From assembly GCA_002269645.1 (NCBI GenBank), contig NIVC01002316.1:11592-75591 (forward strand): a stretch of DNA of 64,000 nt. Reading direction: 5' to 3'. Shown piece by piece: positions 1 to 11,913 of this stretch. Source of the DNA: Macrostomum lignano. Taxonomy: Eukaryota. The notes under the pieces are model-generated. The model was given only the letters and a program-made list of their open reading frames with translations. It was not told the origin of the DNA and ran no database searches. Position 1 is the first letter of the stretch. Each line of letters begins with the position of its first letter. A program made the position numbers and the translations under genes.

Positions 1-64
1 ATTAACCAGAATAAAATATAACTAAGTATTTCATAAAAATTACTTGAGACGGCTTCCTCAGAAA

Positions 65-2014
65 TCAATCAGATACAATTTCGCCCTCTTCTAGTTCGAT
101 TTCATCATCAAAGTATAAAAGTTCACTGTTTAAATGCGAGGAAGCACAGTTTATATCTGTTGTGGCCATATTTATAACAGCCTTGTTAATCTTTGATGAA
201 GATGATTGGCTAGATGAGCCTTCATTTCGACGCTTTCTATGTTGATGTAGATCTGAAGTTGACGAGTGTTTAGACTTGGATTTGTCTGATACAGAAGTAG
301 GTGCGCTGGACTTTCTGTGCACTGAAGTACCTGAGACGGATGTACGTGCGCTGGACTTTCTTTTCAGCGAGGCAGTTAAAGCAGACGTAGATGATTTGTG
401 CTTACTTTTAACCGACGCGTTTTTGGCTAACCTTTGAGTATTAACGATAGATTCCTTTTGTTTAGAGGCAGACTTCATAGGTTTATAGGACTTTTTCCGT
501 GCTAACGCATCCGAGGCAGCGATCAGCTCAGGCTTGTTTTTTGTCGTGTCAATTTTGACAGAAGTCAGTGTGGTCGATTCGCTACCAAGGGTAGAGGTAC
601 TTGCAATCGATTTTTCAACCGACGCAGATGTGACCGGAACAGACCTGTTAGAAGTTGAAACTCTAAAAGAGCCAAACAACGAAGCAGCAGTACCGGAAGC
701 AGAGTTTCTGAAAGCGTCTAGCAACGAAGTAGAAGCTTTGGAAGCTGTTGTTACAACAGGGGTAGAGCAGCGGGTAGAGCTCAACGATGAAGCAGCAGCT
801 GTGACAGAAGAAGCAACAGTGGTGGAGCTGCAGGTACCGGTAGAGCTAAGCAATGAAGAAGCTGTGGCATTAACGGAAGATTTTAAATTTGGTGCAGCCT
901 GTATCAAATTATCCGAACCGGTTGCAGAAGAAGTGGTGGTCACAGCTGACGCAACCGTTACTTCATTAATAGACGGTGCAGCTGTTCCAGAGTCAACTAC
1001 TGAAGTCGAAGTCGTGCCACGTGAGCTGGGTATCGCAGGATTTATTACAGAAGCTTTACATGTAGAAGTTCCAGAAGCTAAGTCAGCCGACATTGTTTCC
1101 AACAGACGGATTTGCATAGGACAGGAAGCCTTAGCAGGAAGAGGCGGCAAAGGCTGTGCGAATAAGTCCATAGGAGGGAAAATGTTTAAATGAGGCGGCA
1201 CAGGCAATGATGGGGCTACTCCTACATTTCCTGAAAAGCAAGCCGCCATTACTGGGCAAGCCGGAAGTGGTGACGACTGAGGCGGCGGTTGGGGAAATAC
1301 AACTTGAGCAGAAGAACCGCAGTTAGAGAAGGTTGAGACAGAAAATGGCATCGACATGAGAGGCGGTATCGCCATCGGACTTGATTGCTGAATGTGACCG
1401 TACGGTGCAGCGCCCGATGGTTGCGTTGAGTTCAAGACTGTCGAATAGTTTAGCAGGCCGGAGTCGCTGCTGCTGGAGCCTACCTGGCAAGACGACGCTG
1501 CTGATTCCGATGAAGGGCGTACTAATGAGAACATCATCGGCGGCACCTGCAGACGATCGCTAGCAGCTTCTACAGAAGACTGCATGATTGGAGCTACGGC
1601 AGGTGGGACGGACGCTGTCGTAGATTCAGAGACAGTAACAGCAGCGGTTGATGTAGCAGGGGTCGATCGGCGTCCGATGAACTCCAGCGCCTGCAGCTTA
1701 GACCAGCGGCTTCTCAGCTGGGTAACAATAATATCCTCAATGCCTTGAATAACGTTAAGCAAATCGTATATATTCGGAAGCGGCGAACTGAAACCACTGA
1801 GCTCTGTTAACTCGTGCAACGCTTCAACGCATAGGCTGCACCAGACTGGCCAAGACTTCCGCACGCTGACAACGTCCGGCTGCCGATGCTCACCGGCGGC
1901 CAAGAGCGGTAGAAGCGCCGGCTCCAAAGCGATGGAAGAGAATGCGCGAACCAACTCAACGCGCAGTAGGTGGCGCAGCTCAGAGTCTGGCAGCCGGATC
2001 TGAGGAGCAAACAT
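65..2014 (-). CDS. Hypothetical 649-aa Ser/Thr-rich, largely disordered protein with a Lys-rich C-terminal region and a terminal EEGEI motif
   Basis: Uninterrupted ORF from a true ATG (2012-2014) to TGA. The N-terminal ~110 aa look helical/globular, followed by long S/T/A/P low-complexity sequence, a basic region and the ending DDEIELEEGEIVSD. No family recognised; upstream exons are possible. Confidence 0.55.
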   Translation of the reverse strand: MFAPQIRLPDSELRHLLRVELVRAFSSIALEPALLPLLAAGEHRQPDVVSVRKSWPVWCSLCVEALHELTELSGFSSPLPNIYDLLNVIQGIEDIIVTQLRSRWSKLQALEFIGRRSTPATSTAAVTVSESTTASVPPAVAPIMQSSVEAASDRLQVPPMMFSLVRPSSESAASSCQVGSSSSDSGLLNYSTVLNSTQPSGAAPYGHIQQSSPMAIPPLMSMPFSVSTFSNCGSSAQVVFPQPPPQSSPLPACPVMAACFSGNVGVAPSLPVPPHLNIFPPMDLFAQPLPPLPAKASCPMQIRLLETMSADLASGTSTCKASVINPAIPSSRGTTSTSVVDSGTAAPSINEVTVASAVTTTSSATGSDNLIQAAPNLKSSVNATASSLLSSTGTCSSTTVASSVTAAASSLSSTRCSTPVVTTASKASTSLLDAFRNSASGTAASLFGSFRVSTSNRSVPVTSASVEKSIASTSTLGSESTTLTSVKIDTTKNKPELIAASDALARKKSYKPMKSASKQKESIVNTQRLAKNASVKSKHKSSTSALTASLKRKSSARTSVSGTSVHRKSSAPTSVSDKSKSKHSSTSDLHQHRKRRNEGSSSQSSSSKINKAVINMATTDINCASSHLNSELLYFDDEIELEEGEIVSD

Positions 2015-4665
2015 GATGAGGGCGAATCATTATTAAGTAAACGTGCAATTCTTCAATTCTTAATTCAATTTTTGCATTACGGTCTGCAACTAGTGCTACA
2101 TAGACGCAGGTGGGGCTTCAGGCACTGTCGAAAATCAAGGCGAAGGTCTATACACAGCCAGCGAGTAGGAAAGCACTGTAGTTAAATGCTCATACCACTG
2201 ACCCCTGAATACGTAAATGCGCACCTTGCAATACGCAAACGCAAGCACACAGCGTAAAGTGGCCCGGACTTTTCAACGTCAGGCAGTGTGCATGTGCACA
2301 GAGCCCTAGGAGCCGACCCATAGGCCATATCGTACATTCCCCGGACCCATTTCAGCTCACGAGAAGCAGATTTCAATGCACGGTCGAGCGGAATCAAAGC
2401 CAGTGGCTTTGGCGCGAGAGTGGACATGCTACCGATTTCTTTGCTACTTTCCGTGATGTCGGATAATGACTTTCAACTATTGTAATGTGTCAAATAAATA
2501 AGAGCCAAAACTGCTCACCTGTAACTCGCGGAACTCAAGTGCAGCCGCCTGTTTCAACTGTTCTGCGGCCTCCTTGCTGGCGACGTTGCGCAGACTCCAG
2601 CGTACAGTCAGCAGCATGCGTAGAAAACGCGTGTCTGATCTAAATGAGGCGGATTTCTTGTTATAGGCTGCCGAGGCCATGTCCACAGTCACGCTGCAAT
2701 ATGTAAACCATGCTAATATATAATAATAGAGCATATTTTTAAAGCAGAATATGATGACGAAAAATGCTTTAAGTCAATAGAGTAAAGGAATAAAGAGGAT
2801 TTGAAGTATGACTGTTATTTTGCGCAATGTAGCGTTTTGCTTCTCTACCTCCTCCGTAGACGAAATAGCAATGTTCTAACTCAGAGTATTGAGATAGCAA
2901 AATACAAGAGAGTTAACTCGCTTCTAAAATCCAACCGTCTCTCCAGTCACCAGAGACTTCCATTCATATCTATTTATACCTGAGTATTGCATTTCTCAAT
3001 CAGTCTAAGTCTATCTATAATTTCAGCCACGCGTGGAGATCAACTTGGAACAAAGTTGGCGTGTTTTTCCATGGACAGTGCAGGGAATACTCCCTGGACA
3101 GAGAGAGTATTCCCTGGACAGTGTTTTTTGACACAATATTGCTGTTATGTGAGCTGGGGGTTTTGGCTGGGGGAATGACTCACTGTGACACATCCGAAGC
3201 ATCCGAATTCCGGCTTATGCATGCAATGCAATACACATTTTCACGTTCGATTTTGATCAAAGTCCAGTTCTAAAAAAACTAGCGGAAATTCAATTCAGAC
3301 AATTTAGACTGGGACCCAGTCTAACCCCAGCTCAAAACATTCTAACCGAAGTAAGGTTTAGCCATAGACAAAATTATCCTGAGTCTGTAGCATAGTCTGT
3401 AGCATAGAAAAGGTGTAGCATAGAAACAGGTGAAAGAAAAGATATGAACTAGAGCCCACCTATTCTGTGTATTCCTTGATGAATGCTTGAGCCTCGACAC
3501 TTCGTACGATATTTTAGTCTGAGGTTGTGTAGTGATCCGCTAGTTTGGTGTTAGGCGTCGCACTATTGTCAGCAGCTTCCTTCGCCCTCACCCCCGCCCT
3601 GGGTTGCTGTATGCCGCTGGTCAGCTTCCCGCCCGTCTGTTGCTGCCCTTGGCCTGTTCTGCCCTTCTGCGTCTCTGTTCTCAGCCCTCAGCTTCTCTGC
3701 TGTAGGCTGTCTCTGTTTCGTTCCCGTCCCGTTTTCCTCTGTCTTGTGAGCAAGTCACATGACAGATCTTATGTTCTTGGAGTCTTAAAGTGCAGTAAAC
3801 GTAAACATGTTTACTGCACTCGTTGGCCCTGTTTACCGGGAGAATCACGTGCTTTCGGACCCCTCCCTTCTCTAAGGAGAGGAGTGACTCATGTTGCTAA
3901 AAATAGCAACTGAGTCACAGCCGCGTGTACTCTGGCCGGAGACCTCAAGTGACGTCAGTTCTAAAAATAGCAGTATTGCAGTAGACATTGCAGTAGAAAG
4001 GCTGCTTTACTAAGAATTCTATGCCTAAGTGGCTTATCAAGTTATTGGGAGAATAACTTGAGAGAAAGCTTATGAGAGCAAATCCAAACTATATGGATTA
4101 GTCTTAAGCAGAGAGTAGACAGACAGACAGGAAAGTGAAATAAAAAGTGACAGAAGATTCTAATAAAAAATCTACGAAATATAAAATGACTAACACAAAG
4201 ATGGCTGACTTCAACAGAAACTCAACAGTACTGAACTAGTTAGCTGTGGAATTGCATCCAGTTTAATACAAAAACAGAAGTAAGTATGAATAAAGTGTGT
4301 GCGTTTAAACCATCACCGATTGATTAAAAAGAATTACAAAAATAATAAATTACTTAGCCGACAAAAGCAGACCAGCTGTCATCAGAGCAGGTTCAGATGG
4401 TGTCAATGAAGACGAACAAAAAACATCGAATGAGTGGGTTATAAATATTTTGTTAATTAAATTTGAGTTTCAAATTGAACGCGAGTGACACAAAAAACGT
4501 GCCGCTGAGAATCGAATGACATCTTCCAGCAAGAATTGAAATTATAAGTTATAACAAATATTTAAATAAAAAATCATATTACATATTCTAAGAAAATAAC
4601 ATTCAGGGCTACGGTTCAAAAGGCCTAATAAACGCAAACTAATTAAAACTAGGAAACTCAAAACT

Positions 4666-7600
4666 TTATGAGAGCCTGGCGAGCTTAGCTCCAAGGTGAT
4701 GGCGTGATTGATAGGGCTCGTCTGCGGCTGCAGCCAACGGCGATATTGAATCTTCTGAGTCTGACTGACGGCCCGATCGCCGGGGTGGCCGCTGGTTTGG
4801 CCTCCGATCAGGTCGATGAATATTTGGTCGCTGGTTTGGTCGCTGCAGTGGTTGCCTACGCAGATAAACAGAAATACGATGATTACGGGTGATTTTCTAC
4901 TAAAATAGTCAAGCGCGCACAGACTGTTAAAATAATGCTAATAGAGGACAGGGTATAGGCTAGGATGAAAGAGCTGAAACCAGGATAGAACCCCAGTAGT
5001 TTCGGGTGGTGGCAGCCAGGACAGAACCCCAGTAGTTTCGGGTGGTGGCAACCAGGACAGAACCCCAGTAGTTTCGGGTGGTGGCAACCAGGATAGAACC
5101 CCAGTAGTTTCGGGTGGTGGCAACCAGGACAGAACCCCAGTAGTTTCGGGTGGTGGCAACCAGGATAGAACCCCAGTAGTTTCGGGTGGTGGCAACCAGG
5201 ACAGAACCCCAGTAGTTTCGGGTGGTGGCAACCAGGACAGAACCCCAGTAGTTTCGTGTGGTGGCAACCAGGACAGAACCCCAGTAGTTTCGGGTGGTGG
5301 CAACCAGGACAGAACCCCAGTAGTTTCGGGTGGTGGCAACCAGGACAGAACCCCAGTAGTTTCGGGTGGTGGCAACCAGGATAGAACCCCAGTAGTTTCG
5401 GGTGGTGGCAGCCAGGATAGAACCCCAGTAGTTTCGGGTGTTAGCAACCAGCTGTTACCAGCAGCGCAATAAATCTGTAGAGATCCTACCTTTCACTGAA
5501 CCATCGCTGATTCTGTGCACTTCTTGTTGGCGAGCGAGGCGTCTGCTCACGGAGGACTTCGTCTCGATTACTCATAGTTCGACTTTTGACGCCGCTGTAC
5601 CAGCCCAGCCGCGTCTTGGCCTCCGCAACCATGGAATCAACGTCGACACTTTCCAGACGCTTGTTCAGCTGGACGCTGGCCCAGTTGGCGACGTGCTCAG
5701 CAACCAGCCTGAGCAGCAGGCGGCGGTACCGAGGCCACAGAGTGCTAGCCATGTAGCGATTGGTGCACAGCTGCACCTGGTCAGGTCTGGCTGGCGTCCC
5801 AGCGAGCAGAGCAAAGCCGGACACGGCCATACTGGCCAGACAGTCCACCAGCTGCACAGGAAACTGCGCTACCGCGCGCCGAGCAGAACTGGCAGCGAAT
5901 GAGACGAATTGGCCAATAACGCTGAGCTGATGGATTGCCTGAGCATCGAGAGTCCACTGCAGAGTTACCAGCTCGTTAAACGGACGAAGCAGATTAAATA
6001 GTTCGGGCATTCGAACCGCATAACTAACCCACCGTTTCTTAGACAATTGGCTCGAATAGGCAGTAAACGAAGGCAGCTGCATGCTGACCTGAGCGCTGCC
6101 GGCTGGCAAGCCAAGGTCGGCCAAAATTGGCGAAATCTGCTGGTTCATAAGCGGGCTGATTGTGAATAATGATCCCGCAGACAAGTTCTGATCCTGCGAC
6201 TGACAGTCCCGATGCCTTAGATCCCGATCCCGTTAGATATGAGTCCCGATCCCGTAAGATATGAGTCCCGATCCCGTAAGATATGAGTCCCGATCCCGTA
6301 AGATATGAGTCCCGATCCCGTAGCTAAGAGTCCCGATCCCGTTAGATATGAGTCCCGATCCCGTTAGATATGAGTCCCGATCCCGTTAGATATGAGTCCC
6401 GATGATGTACGAGCTAGCTAAGAGTCCCGATCCCATAGCTTAGATTCCCGATCCCATAGCTAGGAGTCCCGATCCCGAAGCTAAGTGTCCCGAAAACGAA
6501 GCTAAGAGTCCCGATTCTGTAGCTATAGCTAAGAGTCCCGATTCCATAGCTAAGAGTCCGGATCTCGTAGCTAAGAGTCCCAATTCCGTAGCTAAGGGTC
6601 CCAATCCCGTAGATAAGAGTCCCGATCCCGTTAGATATGAGTCCCGATCCCGAAGCTAAGTGTCCCGATCCCATAGCTAGGAGTCCCGATCCCGAAGCTA
6701 AGTGTCCCGAAAACGAAGCTAAGAGTCCCGATTCCATAGCTAAGTGTCCCGATCCCATAGCTAAGTGTCCCGATCCCATAGCTAAGAGTCCTGATCCCGA
6801 AGCTACGAGCGTAATTGTCCCGATCCCGAAGCTAAGTGTCCCGAAAACGAAGCTAAGAGTCCCGATTCCATAGCTAAGTGTCCCGATCCCATAGCTAAGT
6901 GTCCCGATCCCATAGCTAAGAGTCCTGATACCGAAGCTAAGTGTCCCGAAAACGAAGCTAAGAGTCCCGATTCCATAGCTAAGAGTCCGGATCTCGTAGC
7001 TAAGAGTCCCAATTCCGTAGCTAAGGGTCCCAATCCCGTAGATAAGAGTCCCGATCCCGTAGCTAAGAGTCCCGATCCTGTAGCTAAGAGTCCCGATCCC
7101 GTAGCTGAAAATCCAAATTCTCCAACTTATTTTTTGACCAAAGACCTGAGAAAAACTTCCCCGAGAACGCCAAAATCTAATACACTGGCTACAAGTCATA
7201 AATCATGGCCCAAACCTTACCATCTGGTTAAGCGCCTGTGACACCTTCTCGGAGGTCCAGCCTCGGCCGCCAAGCCGGTCGGCGATTTCGGCGGTGGACC
7301 TGGCGCAGGCCATGCCGAACGCCCGAGCAACAGCCTCGGCGCTCAAGTCCGGTCGCTGTCCGATTAGGCGATAAATCCGACGCTCAATTCGATTTCGAAT
7401 CTGCCTGCGCCACCTGAGGCTCTTGCCAGATTTGATAACGAAGCCATGGCTGTTGCAACAGCCTAAGCAGTACTGCATTAGCGAGGTGTTGACGCAATTG
7501 TAGAATTCCGATAAGCACGCCTCAGAATCCAGCGTATCCAGTTCATCCTGAGCCGAGCTCGATGCCAGCGAACTGTCACCGCTTGTTGACGCGCACGAAG

Positions 7601-7673
7601 AAGCCGCCGCAGGCGTCTGTGATCGTTGAACTCCTGCTCCCGGCTGCAGCGCAGTTGGCAGCGAGGAAGACAT
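4666..7673 (-). CDS. Hypothetical three-exon gene (~448 aa); exons 7673-7221, 6193-5490, 4855-4666
   Basis: ORFs 7203-7673 and 5486-6184 join in phase 0 via ATG|GTAAGG...TCGCAG|GAT. A phase-2 intron AG|GTAGGA...GCGTAG|G leads into a 63-codon open terminal exon ending TAA at 4666-4668. Both introns are filled with minisatellites. No family recognised. Confidence 0.6.
4980..5452. repeat. 36-bp minisatellite (CCAGGACAGAACCCCAGTAGTTTCGGGTGGTGGCAA), ~13 copies, intronic
   Basis: Direct reading; explains the LSWLPPPETTGV repeat ORF. Confidence 0.95.
6205..7105. repeat. 21-bp minisatellite (GCTAAGAGTCCCGATCCCGTA and variants), ~40 copies, intronic
   Basis: Direct reading; explains the GIGTLSY repeat ORF. 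Confidence 0.93.
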
Positions 7674-8524
7674 TGCTGAAATATTACAGATGCTATTTCA
7701 TTGTCTGCAGTCTATGAGCACATGCCTAGAACACGCAAACCTACTTATTAGCAATGAAGCTTGAACTAATTCAAAATGTGATATTATTTCTAGCCATACC
7801 GTTAGAACCAAAAAGATCGGTTAATCTCCAACAGAGATAAAAATCAAACTACGAGCCCTACAGCTGTACTCAACAACATTAGAAAGTCACCACCTTTGAG
7901 AGTGAGCAGTAAATTATAGTTTATTATTGACTTTTGAGTGAAGCAACTTGCGTTACGCGACGCAGAGTTGAGCTGGGTGAGGAGGGATTGGGAAGAGCGG
8001 AGGGCGAAGATTGGATGGATTCAAGCTTCCGCCCGGTTTTCATTGTTTTTTCAAGCATTTTTTAATATCAAAATGGTTGGCAAGGAGATAGACGCTGGTC
8101 GAAAGACACTGCTCACTGGGGTAAAGGGTGGCGACTTTTTAATGTTGCTGAGTATATGATGACTGCCAGCATAGAGAGTAATGAATGAAGCACATAAACA
8201 GATTTGCGTAAAATAATACTTTATTTAGCTGTCTAGAGCGCAACCTCAAATTCTTCTTACAGATGTACTACTTTTAAGTTGAATTCATGCAAAATATGCT
8301 GCCTAATCGTATCAGCGATAACTAGATCTTGCACTAGCAAGACTTTATTGCCACCGATCCGAAAAAAGCTAAAGACGAATAAAACAAACTTTCTCGGCCA
8401 AATAAGTCCAGATAAGACAACAGACAAGCGAGGGGTGTGTTAAACATTGGCCACACAAAAATTAAAGTATAAAACTGTCGACTCGATTGTCCAAATCGAA
8501 AGCATTGCAAGCCCAAAAAGAGCC

Positions 8525-10246
8525 ATGACGGAAAACGATTCAAACATAGAGAAGAAATCCGAAGACTCGGAATGCCGACCCAGAACTTTTGAAGACCTGC
8601 TGGGCCTACTGGGGCCCAGAGGTCCCTACCAGATACTGCTGCTGGCATGTCTCTGCTTTGTCCAAGCCTTCCCTGGTATGGTTACGCTGTCAAACGCATT
8701 CGCCAAGTCCTCGCTGATGAAGCACCAGTGCGACATCAACTCAACGGTTGGCAACGAACTTATAAGCAGCTGTTGGTCGGCAGAAGCTACAGAGGATGAG
8801 TGCCGCGTGCTGGTTAACTGCACTAATGTGCCTGGCGGCAATGTAGCTACATCGCAATGCATCGACTGGACATTCGACAGGTCAGTCTTTACGGAAACAA
8901 TAGCAAGTAGGTTTCGCTTGGTCTGCGGCAACAGTTACCTTGCCGACCTGGCTGCTACCGGCTATTTTGCCGGATTCCTTCTAGGAGCAAGCCTATACGG
9001 TCTATTTGGCGACAGGTTCGGCCGACTACCAGCCTCTCTGGTAAGCATGGCCAATCTGACACTTGCAACTGCTCTGGCGGCACTGTCTCCAGTGTACTGG
9101 CTATACGCTGTAGCGATGGTGCTAGCTGGCTTTGGCACAGGCGGCATGCTTAGTGTGCTTTACTCGGCTACCATCGAGTGTACGGACTCTGCGCACAGAC
9201 TGGTGTGGGGCTTTACTGTCAACCAGGGCTGGTCACTTGGCGTATTCACGGTAACTCTGGTTGCCTATTTGGAGCGAAACTATCAGGCCCAGCTGCTGTG
9301 GCTGTGCGCAACAAGTTTGCCGCTCTATTTGCTCTTGCTGCTATCTGGCGAATCGGCCCGCTGGTTGATCTCAGCTGGCAGAGTAGAACGAGCCGATTCT
9401 GTCATTGCGCGGGTTGCCCGTCTAAATAGAACAGCCGACAAATTGCCAGCAGACTTCAGCGCTGAGGAGATCTACCTGCACGAGCAGCGGGCAGTCGCGG
9501 TAATGAATACCGGATCCGAAATTCGCACGGGCGGCAACCTCTTAAATCTGTTTCGAACGCCGGGACTGCGCAGAGCGACTCTGCTAAGTTGGCTGCACTG
9601 GTTCGCGGCCTCCATGACCTACTTTGGCATCAGCTTGGCTGGGGACTCAATCGGCGGAGACGTATTCCTAAATGTGGTTCTCGTATCGGCAGTTGAATTG
9701 CCAGCCAGATTCCTCGGCATGCTACTGTCAATCTGCCGCATTGGACGCAAGCCTGTACTCTATGTTTCATTCGCCTTATCGGCCGTATTCTTGGCAGTCA
9801 TGGTGGCGGTGTTCGATCAGTCAGTGTCTGGCAGTGCGGCAGCAAACGTGGCACTGGCAGTTCTAAGCAAGTTAAGCATCACAGTCGCCTTTGACTGCGT
9901 GTGGCTCTACTACAGCGAAATGTTTCCAACTGTGATTCGCAGCGTCGGTGTTGGCTCAGGCTCAACTATGGCCAGGGTTGGCGCCATCCTGAGCACCCAG
10001 ATGCTGCCGCTGCGCTCAGTATGGGGGCCATTGCCATTTGTGATATTTGGCATTGGACCGCTGCTTGCCTGCCTAGTGATCTACTTCCTGCCAGAGACTG
10101 TGGGCCAGGATCTGCCCGAGACAATCGCCGATGGCGAGAAATTTATTCTGAGCAATAGTGGCCAATTGTGCTGTGGCAAAAAGAGTACAAAGGTTGTCCA
10201 TCCTAATGTAGTTGCTATGGAAACTGGTGCAGCAAAATTGGCTTAA
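8525..10246 (+). CDS. SLC22A-like: SLC22-family (MFS) organic cation/anion/carnitine transporter, intronless, ~573 aa
   Basis: First ATG is at 8525 (the ORF track starts at an upstream TTG). Cys-containing large first loop ending FRLVC, GDRFGRLP, ESARWLISAGR, GRKP, SEMFPTVIRSVG and LPET motifs, with about 12 hydrophobic segments. Confidence 0.93.
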   Translation: MTENDSNIEKKSEDSECRPRTFEDLLGLLGPRGPYQILLLACLCFVQAFPGMVTLSNAFAKSSLMKHQCDINSTVGNELISSCWSAEATEDECRVLVNCTNVPGGNVATSQCIDWTFDRSVFTETIASRFRLVCGNSYLADLAATGYFAGFLLGASLYGLFGDRFGRLPASLVSMANLTLATALAALSPVYWLYAVAMVLAGFGTGGMLSVLYSATIECTDSAHRLVWGFTVNQGWSLGVFTVTLVAYLERNYQAQLLWLCATSLPLYLLLLLSGESARWLISAGRVERADSVIARVARLNRTADKLPADFSAEEIYLHEQRAVAVMNTGSEIRTGGNLLNLFRTPGLRRATLLSWLHWFAASMTYFGISLAGDSIGGDVFLNVVLVSAVELPARFLGMLLSICRIGRKPVLYVSFALSAVFLAVMVAVFDQSVSGSAAANVALAVLSKLSITVAFDCVWLYYSEMFPTVIRSVGVGSGSTMARVGAILSTQMLPLRSVWGPLPFVIFGIGPLLACLVIYFLPETVGQDLPETIADGEKFILSNSGQLCCGKKSTKVVHPNVVAMETGAAKLA

Positions 10247-10494
10247 GCAAACACATTTTTTAAACACTGTTATCTCTAAACAACTTCTGGAATACTTATT
10301 GATTTCCATACTACTGAGAGTAAAAATTATATTGTAAATTTAAACCCCAAAATTTGGTGGCCCTTTAATGGTATCTGCTTGATTCTTACAAGCAGACAGC
10401 TTTGGTGTGACAATTATGCAATATCAATGCTTTTCTATTGCTTAAAAATTTGCCTTATCATTTTTATGCATTCTTTGCACTTTTTTGTTTTAAA

Positions 10495-11037
10495 TGTATA
10501 GCAGTCCATGAGAATTGCCTGTAGATGAATTGCCTGCCAATATTTGCCCACAAAGCTTTTCCTGCCAAGATTTGCCTGCAATGAATTTTCCCTTGAGTAA
10601 ATTGCCCATTGAGATTTGCCCATAAGTGAATTTGCCTGCTGAGGTTTGCCCGCAATGTTTTTTTCTTCTAGTGCATTTGGCCTTGCAGCAGATTTTGTCT
10701 GCATGCATTGCCTCCCCAATGTAATAAGTTTTAATAAAAAGATATATCCAATCAAAATGTTTTGATAGTAACTACATATTTTTTTTGGGGGGGAGCATTA
10801 TAGACAGAATCCAGCTGCCAAATATGTTGCAGGAAAAAGCATTGTGGGCAAACCTTGGTGGGAAAAAAACTCAACAGACAATTCACTTGTGGGCAAATTG
10901 CACTATGGGTAAATCTTGGTGGAAAAAGCTTGGCAAACAAATCTTGATGAGCAAATCTCCTGCGGGCAAATCTCAGCGGGCAATTTGTCTGCAGGTAATT
11001 TGCATGCTCCTAATGTATTGGGGGAAATGACTATATA
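10495..11037. mobile_element. Foldback/MITE-like relic: two inverted arrays of ~15-bp ATTTGCCCGC-type subrepeats
   Basis: 10500-10720 resembles the reverse complement of 10830-11030 (e.g. GAGGTTTGCCCGCAATGTTTTT vs AAGGTTTGCCCACAATGCTTTT). Exact ends and TSD not resolved. Confidence 0.5.
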
Positions 11038-11913
11038 TAGGAACAATTTTGCTGCAAATAAAACCAACTTGCTATTGACTAAATTGCTAATTAAGTTAAG
11101 TCCTAAGCAGTTTAAACTACAATCCTTCTTAGAATTGAATGTTGAAAATAAAGTTATACATTTTCAAGAATCTTTTTAAAGGCAGTTCAGAGAAGTCTAC
11201 AAAGAAAGAAAGTTAGGATCTATTCAAAGAGATACAAAGCATTGCACTGTGACAATCTGATGCTATTAACACCCAGATTGGGAAAATATATGTAGCAATA
11301 AAATAAGCTATTGTGGAGTCATTTTATGCCACCATGCACTTGTAGCAACAGCAGGGAGGGCAGTTTTGTGAGCCAAGCTAGTATAGATGCTGCTTCCTGT
11401 GGGTAGCAAAGCCTGTGAGCATTTTCTCCAAAAAACAGCATGCATCTACCATGCTGAAGATCAGGCCCATGGAATCCCAGCACACTGGGTTCCACTCTTC
11501 TTTGAGTTGAGGGTGTACACAAACAAAAAGTATATAGTCAGCAAGGTTATTGACAAGCAGAGAAACTTGTTTGCCTACCATTGCCCATTCATTGGATAAC
11601 TAAGAACTTTAAATTGACTAATGACTAGACTATGATTAGCTTTGACATCAAATTGCTATTTACAAATGTTCCCATTGATTTTGCAATCAACCTAGCCTAT
11701 ACATACATGCGCAACTGGTGGCCGACCTGGCCGATCCGGCCACCGTAAATTGTGGCTGACCAGGGGTAAGTCGCAAAATTGAGTCAACCAAAAACAGAAA
11801 AACACAAGAACCAAGAAAGGCAAGAGGAAAGCGAAAAAAAGAGCAGTTCAGGGAAAATGGTGAAGCAAAAGAAAAACAATTCGCAAAAGAAGCAAACTAA
11901 GTTGTAAAAATAA

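Noticed and set aside
534-1193. 219-aa plus-strand ORF
   Set aside because: Antisense shadow of the Ser/Thr-rich 649-aa ORF; starts at a non-ATG codon and has no recognisable features.
2182-2734. Two short ORFs possibly forming 5' exons of the 649-aa gene (44-nt GT-AG intron at 2477-2520)
   Set aside because: The spliced frame hits a stop after 15 codons and cannot be joined to 2014 without several assumed errors.
3525-3960. Possible solo LTR or enhancer with TGACGTCA and TGACTCA sites
   Set aside because: No TG..CA boundaries, TSD or PBS could be established.
4938-7199. Repeat-protein ORFs (LSWLPPPETTGV, GIGTLSY)
   Set aside because: They are translations of intronic minisatellites.
10211-10224. 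Perfect X-box GTTGCTATGGAAAC in the SLC22 CDS
   Set aside because: Explained by the codons V-A-M-E-T; a similar match arises from V-A-M-E in NFIL3 (42233-42246), so such coding hits occur by chance.
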